The notes below the pieces were generated by a model. The model did not search any database and was not told the DNA's origin. It saw nothing but the letters and a program-made list of their open reading frames with translations. DNA of 63,897 bases, the filler included, from Ministeria vibrans ATCC 50519 (lineage: Eukaryota; Protista; Filasterea): assembly GCA_943704425.1 (NCBI GenBank). It is 11 parts of 11 records of this genome, joined end to end, with 100 filler letters (N's around TTAATTAATTAA, not from the genome) between each part and the next. Parts side by side here need not be neighbours in the genome. Positions count along the whole stretch, not along the records: positions 5,815 to 21,404 come from CALSCP010000523.1; positions 21,505 to 24,212 come from CALSCP010000113.1; positions 24,313 to 26,000 come from CALSCP010002173.1; positions 26,101 to 30,096 come from CALSCP010000958.1; positions 30,197 to 50,412 come from CALSCP010002381.1; 6 more parts are not named here. One strand, 5' to 3'. A program made the translations under genes and the position numbers. Shown here one piece after another: positions 19,808-31,576 of this stretch (position 1 is the stretch's first letter; the number at the start of each line of letters is the position of its first letter).

Positions 19808-20842
19808 ATGGTGTCCTCGCGACAACTGCTCTTGATCGTGGGCATCGTAGGCAGCGCGAGTTTGTGCTACTACGCGTTGAACGTCAGTAACAGAAGTGAC
19901 TTGCGGACCGAAACGACTGTCCCCAGCGCAGTCTCTGTCGTCGCAGCCGTCCAAGAGGCTGAGCCGCCGTTGGTAGACGTGGCCACGACGGAGACGGAGA
20001 CAGAGTCGGCCAGTAGCGCCGGCGAAGAGACCGATCGTTCGCCGCCGTGCCCCGCCTGCCCTGCGTGCGATGCAATGGCGCCGCCGCCCACAACCGTCTA
20101 CCAACCGTACACCCTGCTGGACGACGAGTCGTTTGGCGCGTCGGGCGACCTCCATGTGTGTGTGGGTGTGCGTACGTTTGCCGGTCACATCAGCAACGGC
20201 GGTCTTCTGGCGCTGCTCTCGTCGCTCGTCAGCCAAGACTACGGCATCCTCGATGTCTTCATCTTCGACACGGGCGTGGGCAACGCCGAGGCCCGTCGTG
20301 AAGCCTTCCTCAACGTCCTCAAGATGCTGCGCGACGCTCGCGTCCACCTCGCACGCGAAACACTCATCCCCAGCGACAACACTGTGTACAAATCGCGACC
20401 TGATTTTGCGCCCACAGATCGTTTCCTCGCGCGCATGCTTGAGCTCACCAAGAACGACGCCAAGCACTGCTCGCACTTTCTCATCACTCAAGGCGACAAC
20501 TACTACGCGCCGACGTTCCTCTCGACCCTTCTGCCCCACTTGCGCGATCCCAAGACCATTGTGGCCGGTACCGACTTTATCAACAAGGTGGGCCACCATC
20601 CAGACCACCCAGGTCAGTTTCTCAGCAAGGCTGGCATGATTCGTCTGGCCTACCGCGTCAACTTCTACGACTTGGGCTCGGCCGTGTATGCGCGCGCTGC
20701 CTGCGCCGCCACCTCCTTTCTCTCGGCCACACGCGAACGCCCTCTCTACGCCGCCGACGCCTGGTTCATGGAGGATGTCTTGGCCAAGTTTCCCTCGGAG
20801 AACAAGGTCATAGTGCCCATGCCTCTCTTTTCACACAACTAA
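19808..20842 (+). CDS. Intronless type II membrane GT-A/GT2-like glycosyltransferase
   Basis: N-terminal TM, Pro/Thr/Glu stem, LHVCVGVRTF, ALLSSLVSQDY..LDVFIFDT, HFLITQGDNYY (DxD-like), DLGSAVY, ADAWF. Confidence 0.6.
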   Translation: MVSSRQLLLIVGIVGSASLCYYALNVSNRSDLRTETTVPSAVSVVAAVQEAEPPLVDVATTETETESASSAGEETDRSPPCPACPACDAMAPPPTTVYQPYTLLDDESFGASGDLHVCVGVRTFAGHISNGGLLALLSSLVSQDYGILDVFIFDTGVGNAEARREAFLNVLKMLRDARVHLARETLIPSDNTVYKSRPDFAPTDRFLARMLELTKNDAKHCSHFLITQGDNYYAPTFLSTLLPHLRDPKTIVAGTDFINKVGHHPDHPGQFLSKAGMIRLAYRVNFYDLGSAVYARAACAATSFLSATRERPLYAADAWFMEDVLAKFPSENKVIVPMPLFSHN

Positions 20843-20968
20843 TATGTCAGTTGTATGATTTGGTTCTGTATCTGTACAAAAAAATTGTTTTCATTCTAAT
20901 ATTATTTTTAGGACGGTTTGAATAGAAAAAAAAGTGAAAAAATAAGTATAATGATTGTATAAAATATA

Positions 20969-21404
20969 CTACGGCGAAGGAACCGCCGGAGGAGCACTGA
21001 CCACGCCATTGTCGTCGCGGTACAGCAGAATGTCGCCCTCGTTGGGCGGGACGTCCCAGTCTCTCCAGATCCGACCTGCTAGGAGTGCCTGCCTCATGCC
21101 GGGGGGAGCCATTGCCTGTAGACGTCGTCGTAGGTCGCGCACAGAGATGACGGGATCGCCAGGCGCAAACCCTTCGCGCGTGGGTCCCAGTGCGCGCACC
21201 AGAAGCTCCGTCAGCTGGCTCTGCGATTTGTCATCGGTTAGATATCCATTCGCATGTGGTAAGGAGCTGGTGAGGATCTGGCGCGCATAGCCTGGCATAG
21301 GTGCGGCCAAATTTGCGCCAATGTCGTCCTTGACGAGCGCACCTGAGTTGCAAAAGTCTGCAATGACGAGCACATTGCAGCCCTGCCACGAGACTTGCCC
21401 ACTC
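20969..21404 (-). CDS. C-terminal part of a clan CD (caspase/metacaspase-like) peptidase-domain protein
   Basis: Hydrophobic strand plus D-x-C-x-S-G motif (VLVIADFCNSG), then ILTSS...GY and TELLVRAL blocks typical of C14 C-terminal halves; 5' part lost at gap. Confidence 0.55.
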
Positions 21405-21505
21405 NNNNNNNNNNNNNNNNNNNNNNNNNNNNNNNNNNNNNNNNNNNNTTAATTAATTAANNNNNNNNNNNNNNNNNNNNNNNNNNNNNNNNNNNNNNNN
21501 NNNNC

Positions 21506-21569
<64 letters not shown>

Positions 21570-23585
21570 CAATTCCTGGGGGCAGACCCGACTTGACGTG
21601 CACCACAAAGGAGCCTGTGGCCGTCTTGGCGGGTCGTGGGTCCTCCGTTCCCTCCGATGAAGGCTCAAATGTGAGTGTGGTCGCTTTGCCTACACCACGC
21701 ACACACATACAGACACCGTCAGTCACTTTCAACAATTCCTCGTGATAATAATATGGACGTACCGCCCTTGAGAGTAATGCTGAGGCTATTGCTAAAGTCA
21801 ATCTTGAGTGTGGAACCGCTCATTTTCTCCTTGAAAATCTCGTTGAGAGCCACTGCGGCCTCCGTCTTGCGCGTCGCAATGACAGCCAAGTCGTACGGAC
21901 GCGCATGAAACACAATGTAATTGTCCGCCAGTTTACTACTCAAACAGTCAGGGTTGTGAGTCAGTCATTCTCCATTCATCTCAGAACTATAGTATATATA
22001 CCTGAGACTGACACCAGTGATGTCGGAGAAGGGAATGCGACGCTTGACGGAGCCGCTGGTAGCCTTTCCGTTGAGGGAGAGGGAGTAGATGGCCTTGTCG
22101 GTGATCATGAGGCCGCGCGACACCTGCGTGTGACCCGCACCACGCAACTTGACTACTCGATCGGCAAACAGCACTTGAATGTCCTGGTTCTTGCTGAGAA
22201 TCGCCTTGGAGAATTTCTCCTTGCGCATGTTGATGTAGTCACCGTGGTACTTGCGGTTCAGCGACCACTGACGACGTGCCTTGTGGTCTATACAAAAATA
22301 TTTCCTTTTAGACCACACACAGACACATTGCATTAACGTACCTTTAAGGACATCTTGAGAGACAGCGCGGACAAGCAGCCAGAAACGACGCAGTGCAAAG
22401 GCCCTCCAAGCCTTTTGAATCTTGCGCACGACCATGTCAAGCGCGGCAGCACGCTTCTCCTCCAACTCAAGCACCGTCTGGGGGTCCTTGATGAACACCT
22501 TAGTCTTGCCGTACTGCACGGGACCTGCCTGCTTGATCTTGCTCATGATCAACTCACACCCTTCCTTGTCGCTCCCCGAGTACTGCGGCCAAGTTGCCGT
22601 GTCGCACATCTTGAAGCGCTGCATAAAGTGCACATAGGCCATGCGAAACGCAAATCCGGCGCGACGTACACGCACGTTCTCCACAAGACCCAAGTACTTC
22701 ACCTACCAGACAAACGAACAAAGAAAAGAATCAGAAAAAAAAATACATAATATCTTTCCCCCCACAATGAAATAAGCGTATACGCTACCTGTTCGCGAGA
22801 GCGATCCGTGTCAAATGTGTTGGCCGCCTTCTTCTCGTTAGGCTTGATGCAGCGCACGTAGTGCGGCACACATGCCTTGAGCGCATCCATCAGCGACGAC
22901 ACCTGATTTCAAATTTGCACGTCACGAGAATTTAGAAATGGCTTCCTCTTTTTGAGCACTCTTTTATCCACGCGTTACCTGGTTCTTGAACTGGAAGCCA
23001 GCAGTGAGGGGACGCTTGGACGGGCCCTTGGCAACCTCGGCATCGTTTTCGAAGAGCTCGTTGGCCAAAATGACACCGCACTTGGAGTGCATGAGCTCAA
23101 TGAGGTTGATATACAGCTGATCCTTGTTCTTGTCCAGAATCTTCTCGGTGCCGTACTCGACGTCGCCTGCAAAGTGGTGGATGCCAAACTTCTCTGTAAT
23201 TTCCAAGGAAGATGGAATAAAGAAATGTGTGAGGATCGAATACAGAAGAAGCAAGTGGGAATGACAAGTCAACAAGCGACACGAGAAAACGACGGAAGCA
23301 GAAGAGCAACAAACGTACCGGGGGTTGCGCCCTGAGGAATAAAGCGATCGTGCTTAACGTTGCCACGGAGCTTGTTAAGGAAGGACTGGTCGGTTCCCTT
23401 GGGGAAGAGACACTCTTCGTCGAGCAAGTCAAAAATGCCACCGCGCTTCTCAATCATGTCGCAGCAGGGCTTGTTGTCGTAGTACTCAACAGGAGTCCAC
23501 TCAATGCCTAACAAGAGACAGACCAATAAGCTGTTTTTCTCTCTCTCTCTCAAATTTTTATTTGTTCCTCCTCTCCCTCTCTTCC

Positions 23586-23668
<83 letters not shown>

Positions 23669-24146
23669 GATTCCACTATTACCTTCAGCGACATACTCCT
23701 CCTGCTCCTTTCGGAGAGTCAGCTCAATGAAAATTTGCTGCAATTTCTCGTTGACGAAGTTGATGCAGAGTTGCTCAAACGAGTTGTTGTCAAATATTTC
23801 AAAGCCATAGATATCAAGCACGCCAATGACAGTCGCAGGGTTGGACTCGAACATGGTCTCGTTGATCTTGGCAGCAATCTGAAAACAAAAAATAAAGGAG
23901 TGGTGAGACACAACAAGTTATGGTGCGGTGCATCAACGAATATAAATCAGTCACGTCAACGAATAGACCACACAAATCACGAATAAAAGAATACATACCC
24001 ACTGGAAGAGACGCTGGTAGATGCCACTGGCAAGAGAGTCACGCGAGTAGGCGGCCTGCTCGGCAGTCAGTGTGCTGTGCATGGTCTCACCGGCAGCTGA
24101 GATGGTACGGTGTGTGAGTGCGTTCTCAAGGTCCGGCATAGACACC
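21570..24146 (-). CDS. MYO1: Class I myosin heavy chain, rest of motor, IQ and TH1 tail
   Basis: [70 protein letters not shown]1 ([17 protein letters not shown]). Confidence 0.95.
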
Positions 24147-25197
24147 TACATGACAAAAAATGAGGGCCTGTTCTGTCTGTCTGTGTGTGTGTGTCTGTGT
24201 GTGTGTGTGTACNNNNNNNNNNNNNNNNNNNNNNNNNNNNNNNNNNNNNNNNNNNNTTAATTAATTAANNNNNNNNNNNNNNNNNNNNNNNNNNNNNNNN
24301 NNNNNNNNNNNNAGGAACGACGGGTGCACAGGTTGAGTTGTTTTTTGACGTGGATTCGCAGTGTACCAGAGCGAGACGCCAAAAGTCAGTTTGCATGACG
24401 TGTTGATTGGGTGTGTATGTTCGCGAGAAGAGGGGAATGAAAAATTGTAACCAAGTAGAAAATGAAAAATAAATATTATTATTATGAAAAGTTGACTGAA
24501 TAAGAAATTTATTGTAATACATTCATGACATCCAATTGGTGGTGAAAACGATTCTATAGCCTCTACGTACTCTGTTGTAATTTGTTCAACACACTGCGAG
24601 GACCGCGAATAACTGTGATGGCTGTGTTGTTATTGTTTCCAAAAGTGATCTCATAGTGAAACGGGAAATGCACCACCTTACACCTTAAGCTTAGTGATCA
24701 GGAGACATTTAGACGCCCCTGCGAGCAAGTGAGCACATTTTAACATAGGAACGAGCCTTGCGTTTGTCACTCGAACATTGACATGAATAAGTTTAGTAAT
24801 ACGCTGCGTATTCGTTTGATCGACTGTATATAACTGAATTAGCAGAGATACGAGTGCGGATTATTCACTACATTAACAGCTAGGACACAAGACAGTCTCC
24901 CTCCCTTCCGCCGGTCCATCTATCTATCTCTCTCCTCTTGTCGCTTTCGTCGCAACAAAAATGCTTGATCAAAATGCTGGAGCGACTGGCGTGCGTTGGG
25001 ACTGGACTTTCCCCTTTGTGAGGTGTGGCAGCACACGCAGTGAACGTGGCGCGTCGCGTACAAGACGCACAGAAGAAAAGAGACGGGATAAAACAAAAAT
25101 GAAAGGTTGTCGTTTACAGTACAGCAGAGAAAGAGAAACCGAAAAAAGAAAAAAAGAGAAAGAGGAAGAAAGAAGAGAGATAGATAGGTAGATAGAT

Positions 25198-25238
<41 letters not shown>

Positions 25239-25376
25239 AAGTGATAGAGAGAGACAAAGTGATAGAGAGAGACAAAGTGATAGAGAGAGACAAAGTGATA
25301 GAGAGAGACAAAGTGATAGAGAGAGACAAAGTGATAGAGAGAAAGACAAAGTGATGGAGAGAGGGAAAGAGAAGAG

Positions 25377-25874
25377 TTACAAATTCGGTTCGACCATTTG
25401 AAAGAAGCCGGTGCAGGTAGCAGGAGTGCCCTGATCGGTGAACTGGATTTTACAGCTTATGATCAACTCGCGGGGTGTTGGCCTGATGTGAGCGACGGCG
25501 CGGAAGTTGAAGGACGGTTTGCGCTGCGCCATCGCAAGCGACAACTCTTTGGTGAAGCGGGCCCAGTCGACGGTGTCAAACACCCTTTGAAAAGATAGAT
25601 ACAGAAAGAGAGAGGAAGAAAAATAGAGAGAGAGAAACAAAGTGAGAGAGAAACAAATCGAGAAACAAAGTGATGGAAAGACGGTATGACAAACAATGGC
25701 AAGTTAGAGTATGTGTCGCAAGAATTCGTGTGTGCTTGTTAGAAGAAACCTGAAGAGAATGTCGTGGTTGAGAGGCTCAGAGAGGAGCTCCTCGACCGAG
25801 TAGCCCAGTGTGTCGGCGCCGTGTTTGTTTACATATACATTTACGGCCTCCATCGATGCCATGTTCGTGATCAC
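25377..25874 (-). CDS. PAS-domain-like protein, 3' exons
   Basis: NVYVNKHGADTLGYSVEELL (PAS core pattern) followed by a terminal beta hairpin (IQFTDQGTPATCTGFFQ). Confidence 0.55.
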
Positions 25875-25911
25875 CTTGAAGAACACACAAGAGAATGTGT
25901 AAGAAAGAAGA

Positions 25912-26000
<89 letters not shown>

Positions 26001-26209
26001 NNNNNNNNNNNNNNNNNNNNNNNNNNNNNNNNNNNNNNNNNNNNTTAATTAATTAANNNNNNNNNNNNNNNNNNNNNNNNNNNNNNNNNNNNNNNNNNNN
26101 TTTTTCCTTTTTTTTTTTTTTTTTTTGCTGTCAATCGTTCCTTACACTTCTTCTTTTCTCTCTTCCTCTGTCTCTCTCTCTCTGTGTATGTCTCTTTCTC
26201 GTGTACCAG

Positions 26210-26418
26210 GGATCTCGTGGTGTGCTTGTGCGTGACTTCCACCACTTGCCGTGCGAGCTGACTCTGGTCGGCGACGGCAAGAAGCTCCGTGTGGACATCT
26301 GGTTTGGCAACCGAAAGGACGTCGCCAGCGTGCGCACCATTTGCTCGCATGTTACCAACATGATCACCGGTGTGATGCAGGTAAAGAAGGGGCGTGCATG
26401 TGGAACAGACCACACCTC

Positions 26419-26460
<42 letters not shown>

Positions 26461-26806
26461 CTGACACGGGGTCGTGACTTTGTAGGGCTTCAAGGTGAAG
26501 ATGCGTTTTGTGTACGCTCACTTCCCCATCAACGTCAACATCTCCGACGACGCTACGTCGATTGAGATCCGCAACTTCCTCGGAGAGAAGGTGGTGCGCG
26601 TTGTGAAGATGCAGCCGGGCGTGACGGTCAAGACGGACACGGTCAAGGACACCATCATCCTCGAGGGCAACGACCTCGAGGCGACCACCCGCTCCGCCGC
26701 CCTCATCCAACAGTCGACGACCGCCAAGAACAAGGACATCCGCAAGTTCCTTGATGGAATCTACGTATCCGAGAAGGGCAACATCGACGAGCTTCCCGAG
26801 GAATAA
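26210..26806 (+). CDS. RPL9: 60S ribosomal protein L9 (uL6), 5' end in gap
   Basis: [25 protein letters not shown]; [13 protein letters not shown]; [18 protein letters not shown]. Confidence 0.97.
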
Positions 26807-27040
26807 ACCCAAAAACCTTTTTGATTCTTTCTCAAAACAAAACTATAAGACCGCGTACTCTCCGTTTCTTTTTCGTTTTTGGTCGCGCGGTGCTTTTTAG
26901 CAGTTCTTGACGTAGGGCAACATTGACGAGCTTGTCGAGGAATAAACTGAAACTGAAACCTTTTTGATTCTTTCTCAAAACAAAACAAAAAGATGGTGTG
27001 TACTGTCCGTTTCTTTTGCTTTTTCGTTCTGCGGTGCTTT

Positions 27041-27772
27041 TTAGCGGTTCTTGAAGTAGTTCATGAGACGCTCAAAAGCAGCACCCTCCTCACCAAAGTC
27101 CTAAAGAGAACCAATGCGAGTGAGTGACACACGACAGAGATATCACAAAATGGACAAAAAAATAATGTGATTGCTCAGAGTTAACATTGATATTCCGGTT
27201 TGTTAAGCATTATCCTCAAAGTATTAGTGGTACTCAGAAGAGGGAGCTGTGTTATCATCAGGGCAAAACCAACAAAATATGGGGAGACACAAACAAGAAA
27301 AAGAGACTTACAGTGACGACGACACAGCTGGCACCCACGACCTTGCGGGCGGCACCCTCCTGGTCGATCTTGCAGAGACCCGCCCACTGGCCGAGCATCT
27401 TGCTGTCGTCCACCTTGATCAGGTTGATCTGGTACTCGGTGCAGAGTCCCTCGACGAGCTTGACGTAGTTGGCCTCGTCACAGCTCGACGACAGAACGCA
27501 CAGGTGCGCCTGACGCTTGTCCAGTGCCTTGGCGCACTCGTGGAGGCCGCGCTTCAGGCCGTCCGCGACAAGGGCGTTCTTGAGCACCTGCTGCAGGGCA
27601 GTCATCACGTCCATCTCCTCGACGGGCGCGGCAACAGCCTCGACAGCCGCAGCAACTTCAGTCACATCTCTACACACACACAAGAGAGAGAAAAAAAAAA
27701 AAAAAAAGAATAATTAATATCAAAGCCAGTGTCCCGCCGCGCCTTCTGCATAGTCTCTTACCCTTCGGACAT
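27041..27772 (-). CDS. RPS12: 40S ribosomal protein S12 (eS12), 3 exons
   Basis: MSEG|[51 protein letters not shown]|[19 protein letters not shown]. Confidence 0.97.
27171..27266 (-). ncRNA. Intronic box C/D snoRNA, SNORD100-like (18S rRNA Gm guide)
   Basis: Minus strand: TTGCcc-TGATGA(C)-taacacaGCTCCCTCTt-CTGA(D')-..-TGAGGA(C')-..CCGGAAT..-CTGA(D)-GCAA; terminal TTGC/GCAA stem; guide complementary to conserved 18S AGAGGGAGC; lies in the last RPS12 intron. Confidence 0.88.
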
Positions 27773-28360
27773 GGTAGTATTTAGTCGTCGGTCCTCGCTA
27801 CAAATTGAATATAAAACATTGTCACATTTCAGTAAGACTTTTTTTTTCGTGACTTTTTCGTTCGTGCAATCCCATTTAACCTTACATGCGTTGAGAAAAA
27901 AGTGTTTAGGGGGAGTTGGTCGAAGCGGGAATGCACGAGCCTGCAGGGGAGACAGCGACGGGGTCAGTGGGCAGCGCATCCACGTTGGAACAAAAAAAAA
28001 AAAAAAAGATGAAGAAACGATAAAACGACAGATATGGGAGAGGGGGAGGCAAGAGAGGGGGAGAGATAGGGTGGTGGGAGAGAGGGAGGCTCTGTGTGGA
28101 GGGGGGGGGGTGAGGGGGCGAGAGGAAACGCGAACGAAAAGTCGAACGAAAGAAAAAGGCTCAAAATGGCAATGAAGAAAGGCATGAAGGAAGCATGAGA
28201 GTGTCCAAGTAGATCACAAGAGATGCTTACCAACAAGGATTCAAAAAAAAAGAGACTCGGAGAGTGATCAGTGAAGGACTCAAAAGTCAAAAGTCCATAG
28301 TCATTAAATGTCATTTCAATTGTGCTCTCTCCGCACTCACTGATCACTCAAATTAGTTAG

Positions 28361-29882
28361 ATGGACCGTCGATGGGGCGCCCGTGAAGGGACATCAGACG
28401 CTATGGTGATGGGTGGCGGCGACGAAATTATGGAAGGTGTCATCTGCCCAATGTGTATGAAGGATATGCGAACTGTCGAGCTGCTTCTGCGCCATTTCGA
28501 AGAGGTATGCGGCGTCGCACCCCCTGCATGCATGCATGCGTACATGCATGCGTGCCACATGGTGCGTGTGCGTTGGAGCTGATGGCGTAACAAGCACAAA
28601 CGGATTTCGCGTCGACGCCATCCGTCGCTGAGCCGCCTTGAATGCCCGCACCTCGTGTGTGGTCTTCAGCTCACCACGCGCACACTCGCTTTTGCTTTGA
28701 CATGTCCAGTCAAACTCGCTTTGCTTCTTTTTTTTACTCATCTGTGTTTCGGCGCTGGTCTCTCCCACTCACTTTGTTTCTTTCCCCTCCACTCCCCCTC
28801 TCCCTCTCCTTCCCTTCGCAGGCGCACAAGGACGAAGACAAGGCCAAGGTCTCTGGCTTTGCCAAGAAACTGTTCAAGGGACGTCGCCACAAGCACAAGG
28901 ACGCAGGAGGGGGCGGGAGCGAGCGCACAGGAGGAGGAGGAGGCAGCCTTGGTGCGAATGGCTCGGGAGGCGGCGGATCGGGCGATGCTGACGATCGTGG
29001 CGCTGGCACTGACGTCGACATCAATGGGGGTCTCGACGCGTCGGAGGCCAACTCGCTGCGCGCCCGGGTGCGTGCCGATGGCCAAAAGCCCGGCATTGCT
29101 CGCCAACTTACGAGTGCCTTTCTCACCCTTCGCGGCAAAACAACGTCGCGCATCGAACTCGAAACGAACAAACTGCTCAATCGACTGGAAAAGCTCACAA
29201 ACGCTCTCAAGACTGAGGTACGTGTGTAATAAGTAGCCAGAAAAGAAAGCAGGGGTAAAAACAAACAATTGCATTTTTCAGGGCTCTATTTCAAAGATGG
29301 AGAAACAAGTGGTGGAGTGGCAACCGGACCGATCGGTGAGCGAATGTCCCGAGTGCCACCAGAAACTTGGGATGCTGACACGCAAGCATCACTGTCGATT
29401 GTGCGGCTGTGTCATGTGCAAAGATGACGGCTGCAGTGTGCTTGTGACGCTCGCTGACGCACGTCGTCTGGTAGAGCCCGCCGGTGCCGCCGCACGCATT
29501 GCTCGCGTATGCACCTTGCATAGACTATGATATGCTCACTCACACTTTTTCTCTCTCTTTCTTTCTATTACTCTGTTTCTTTCCATTATTTTGTTGCCAT
29601 TCCTCTCCTCTTTGTTTTTTTTTCACCTCCCCTCTCTTTCTCGTATATGTGTTTGATAGGAAGCTGCAGCACAGCGTAACGACGTGGGCATTCGCGTGTG
29701 TCGGTCCTGCATGCAACTGCTCTACAAGCGCTCCCGTCTCAGCTCTCTCCGCACTCCCGCAACCGGTGCTGCTGCCGCCGCAAGTAAACCTCCACGCTAC
29801 CTCACCCTCTACAGTAAGCTCTCCCTCCAGCGCGAACGCATCGAGGAGCAGTGGCCTCGCTTCTTGAAAAAGGCCCAAGCGG
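28361..29882 (+). CDS. RBSN: Rabenosyn-5/Vac1 (C2H2 finger, Rbsn region, FYVE), 3' end lost at gap
   Basis: EGVICPMCMKD..LLRHFEE|AH; IELETNKLLNRLEKL; EKQVVEWQPD..CPEC..RKHHCRLCGCVMC..IRVCRSC. Confidence 0.9.
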
Positions 29883-30053
29883 TACATATTACAATCGAAT
29901 TTTTGTCTCGCTAAACTCTCTCTCTCTCTATCACTTTGTTTCTCCCTCCCTTCTCTCTCTCTCTATCACTTTGTTTCTCTCTCTCTCTATCACTTTGTTT
30001 CTCCCTCCCTTCTCTCTCTCTATCACTTTGTTTCTCTCTCTCTCTCTATCACT

Positions 30054-30096
<43 letters not shown>

Positions 30097-30196
30097 NNNN
30101 NNNNNNNNNNNNNNNNNNNNNNNNNNNNNNNNNNNNNNNNTTAATTAATTAANNNNNNNNNNNNNNNNNNNNNNNNNNNNNNNNNNNNNNNNNNNN

Positions 30197-30300
<104 letters not shown>

Positions 30301-30354
30301 TTAATAATATTAATAATAATATTAAAATCATTATTATTACTTTTTGCATCACAG

Positions 30355-30675
30355 TATGGGACTTGGATCGTAATGTGTGTGTGGGCACACTGGTGGGCCA
30401 TCGTGACGGACTGACAGCCGTGTCCTTCAATGACCGGTGGATTGTGACCGCATCGATGGACCATACCATGCGCGTGTATGACGCAACGACGGGCGATATG
30501 GCACGCGTGCTGGGCGGCCATCGCAAGGAGGTGCAGTCGGTGGTGCTTTGTGATGCGCTTGTGGTCTCAGGCAGCTGGGACAACACGATGCGTCTGTGGA
30601 ATGTCAACACTGGGGAGTGTTTGCATGTGCTTGCTGGCCACACCGGTAAGTGTGTGTGTGTATGAACATGCAATG

Positions 30676-30711
<36 letters not shown>

Positions 30712-31201
30712 GGTAGGGTCTGTGTATTGTGTGTGTGTGGACACAGAGCGACAGCGGATTATTAGTGGGAGTGGCGATCGAACGATTCGGATATGGTCGT
30801 TAGGGACGGGTGAGTGTCTGCGGGTGATTGAGCAGGCACATCGGGATACCATTGCGTGTATGGCACTGGTGCAGGGCAGCGAGCGACCCGCCATGCTTGT
30901 GACGGGCAGCTTTGACAACAGTCTGGCGCTGTGGAACCTGGCGACGGGCGCACGAGTGCATGCGCTGGTTGGACACGCTGGAGAAGTGTGGTGTGTGCAG
31001 GTGTCGAGTAGTCACACGCATGTGCTGTCGGGCTCTATGGACGCCACCATGCGCATGTGGGATGTTCAGACGGGCCTGTGCGTGCAGAGCTTTTATGTGG
31101 GGGCCGCGGTCGTTGCCATGCATGTGGACCATGCCAAGGCGATTCTTGGTTGCGACGATGCGAGTCTCTCCATTTATGACTTTTCCATCGTCATTGACTA
31201 A
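30355..31201 (+). CDS. WD40-repeat protein (FBXW7/beta-TrCP-like propeller), 3' part
   Basis: Repeated GH...SGSxDxTxRxW motifs, at least 6 blades; 5' part in gap. Confidence 0.85.
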
Positions 31202-31576
31202 CATGAATAGTATATGATTGTACACAAGTAATGTAATTACAATTGTCATCTCTTTTTTAGAAAAGTATATGATTGGACACAAGTAATGTAATTACAATGT
31301 AATGACAATTGTCATCTGTAGACATGCAAAAAAAAAGAAAATCAATATATAATCGAGAGCTCGCTCAGCTGTTAGCTGTATTCATTTACTACTCAATGTC
31401 AAAAGAATCAAACAAGACATTGCACAAAATAACAAAATAGAGAATCGAGAGCAAATAAGAAAAAAGTAATAGTAAAAAAGTTGAAACTTCAAGACCAAAG
31501 TCCAATATCTTTTTTTTCTTTATTAGCTCATTAACGTGTGGTCCAGTCCAAGTGCCCAGGAGCAGAGCAAGCCGCC

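Noticed and set aside
26915-26945. Alternative last exon of RPL9
   Set aside because: An AG precedes it, but the only nearby donor would delete the conserved VSEK; it is better explained as part of the spacer duplication.
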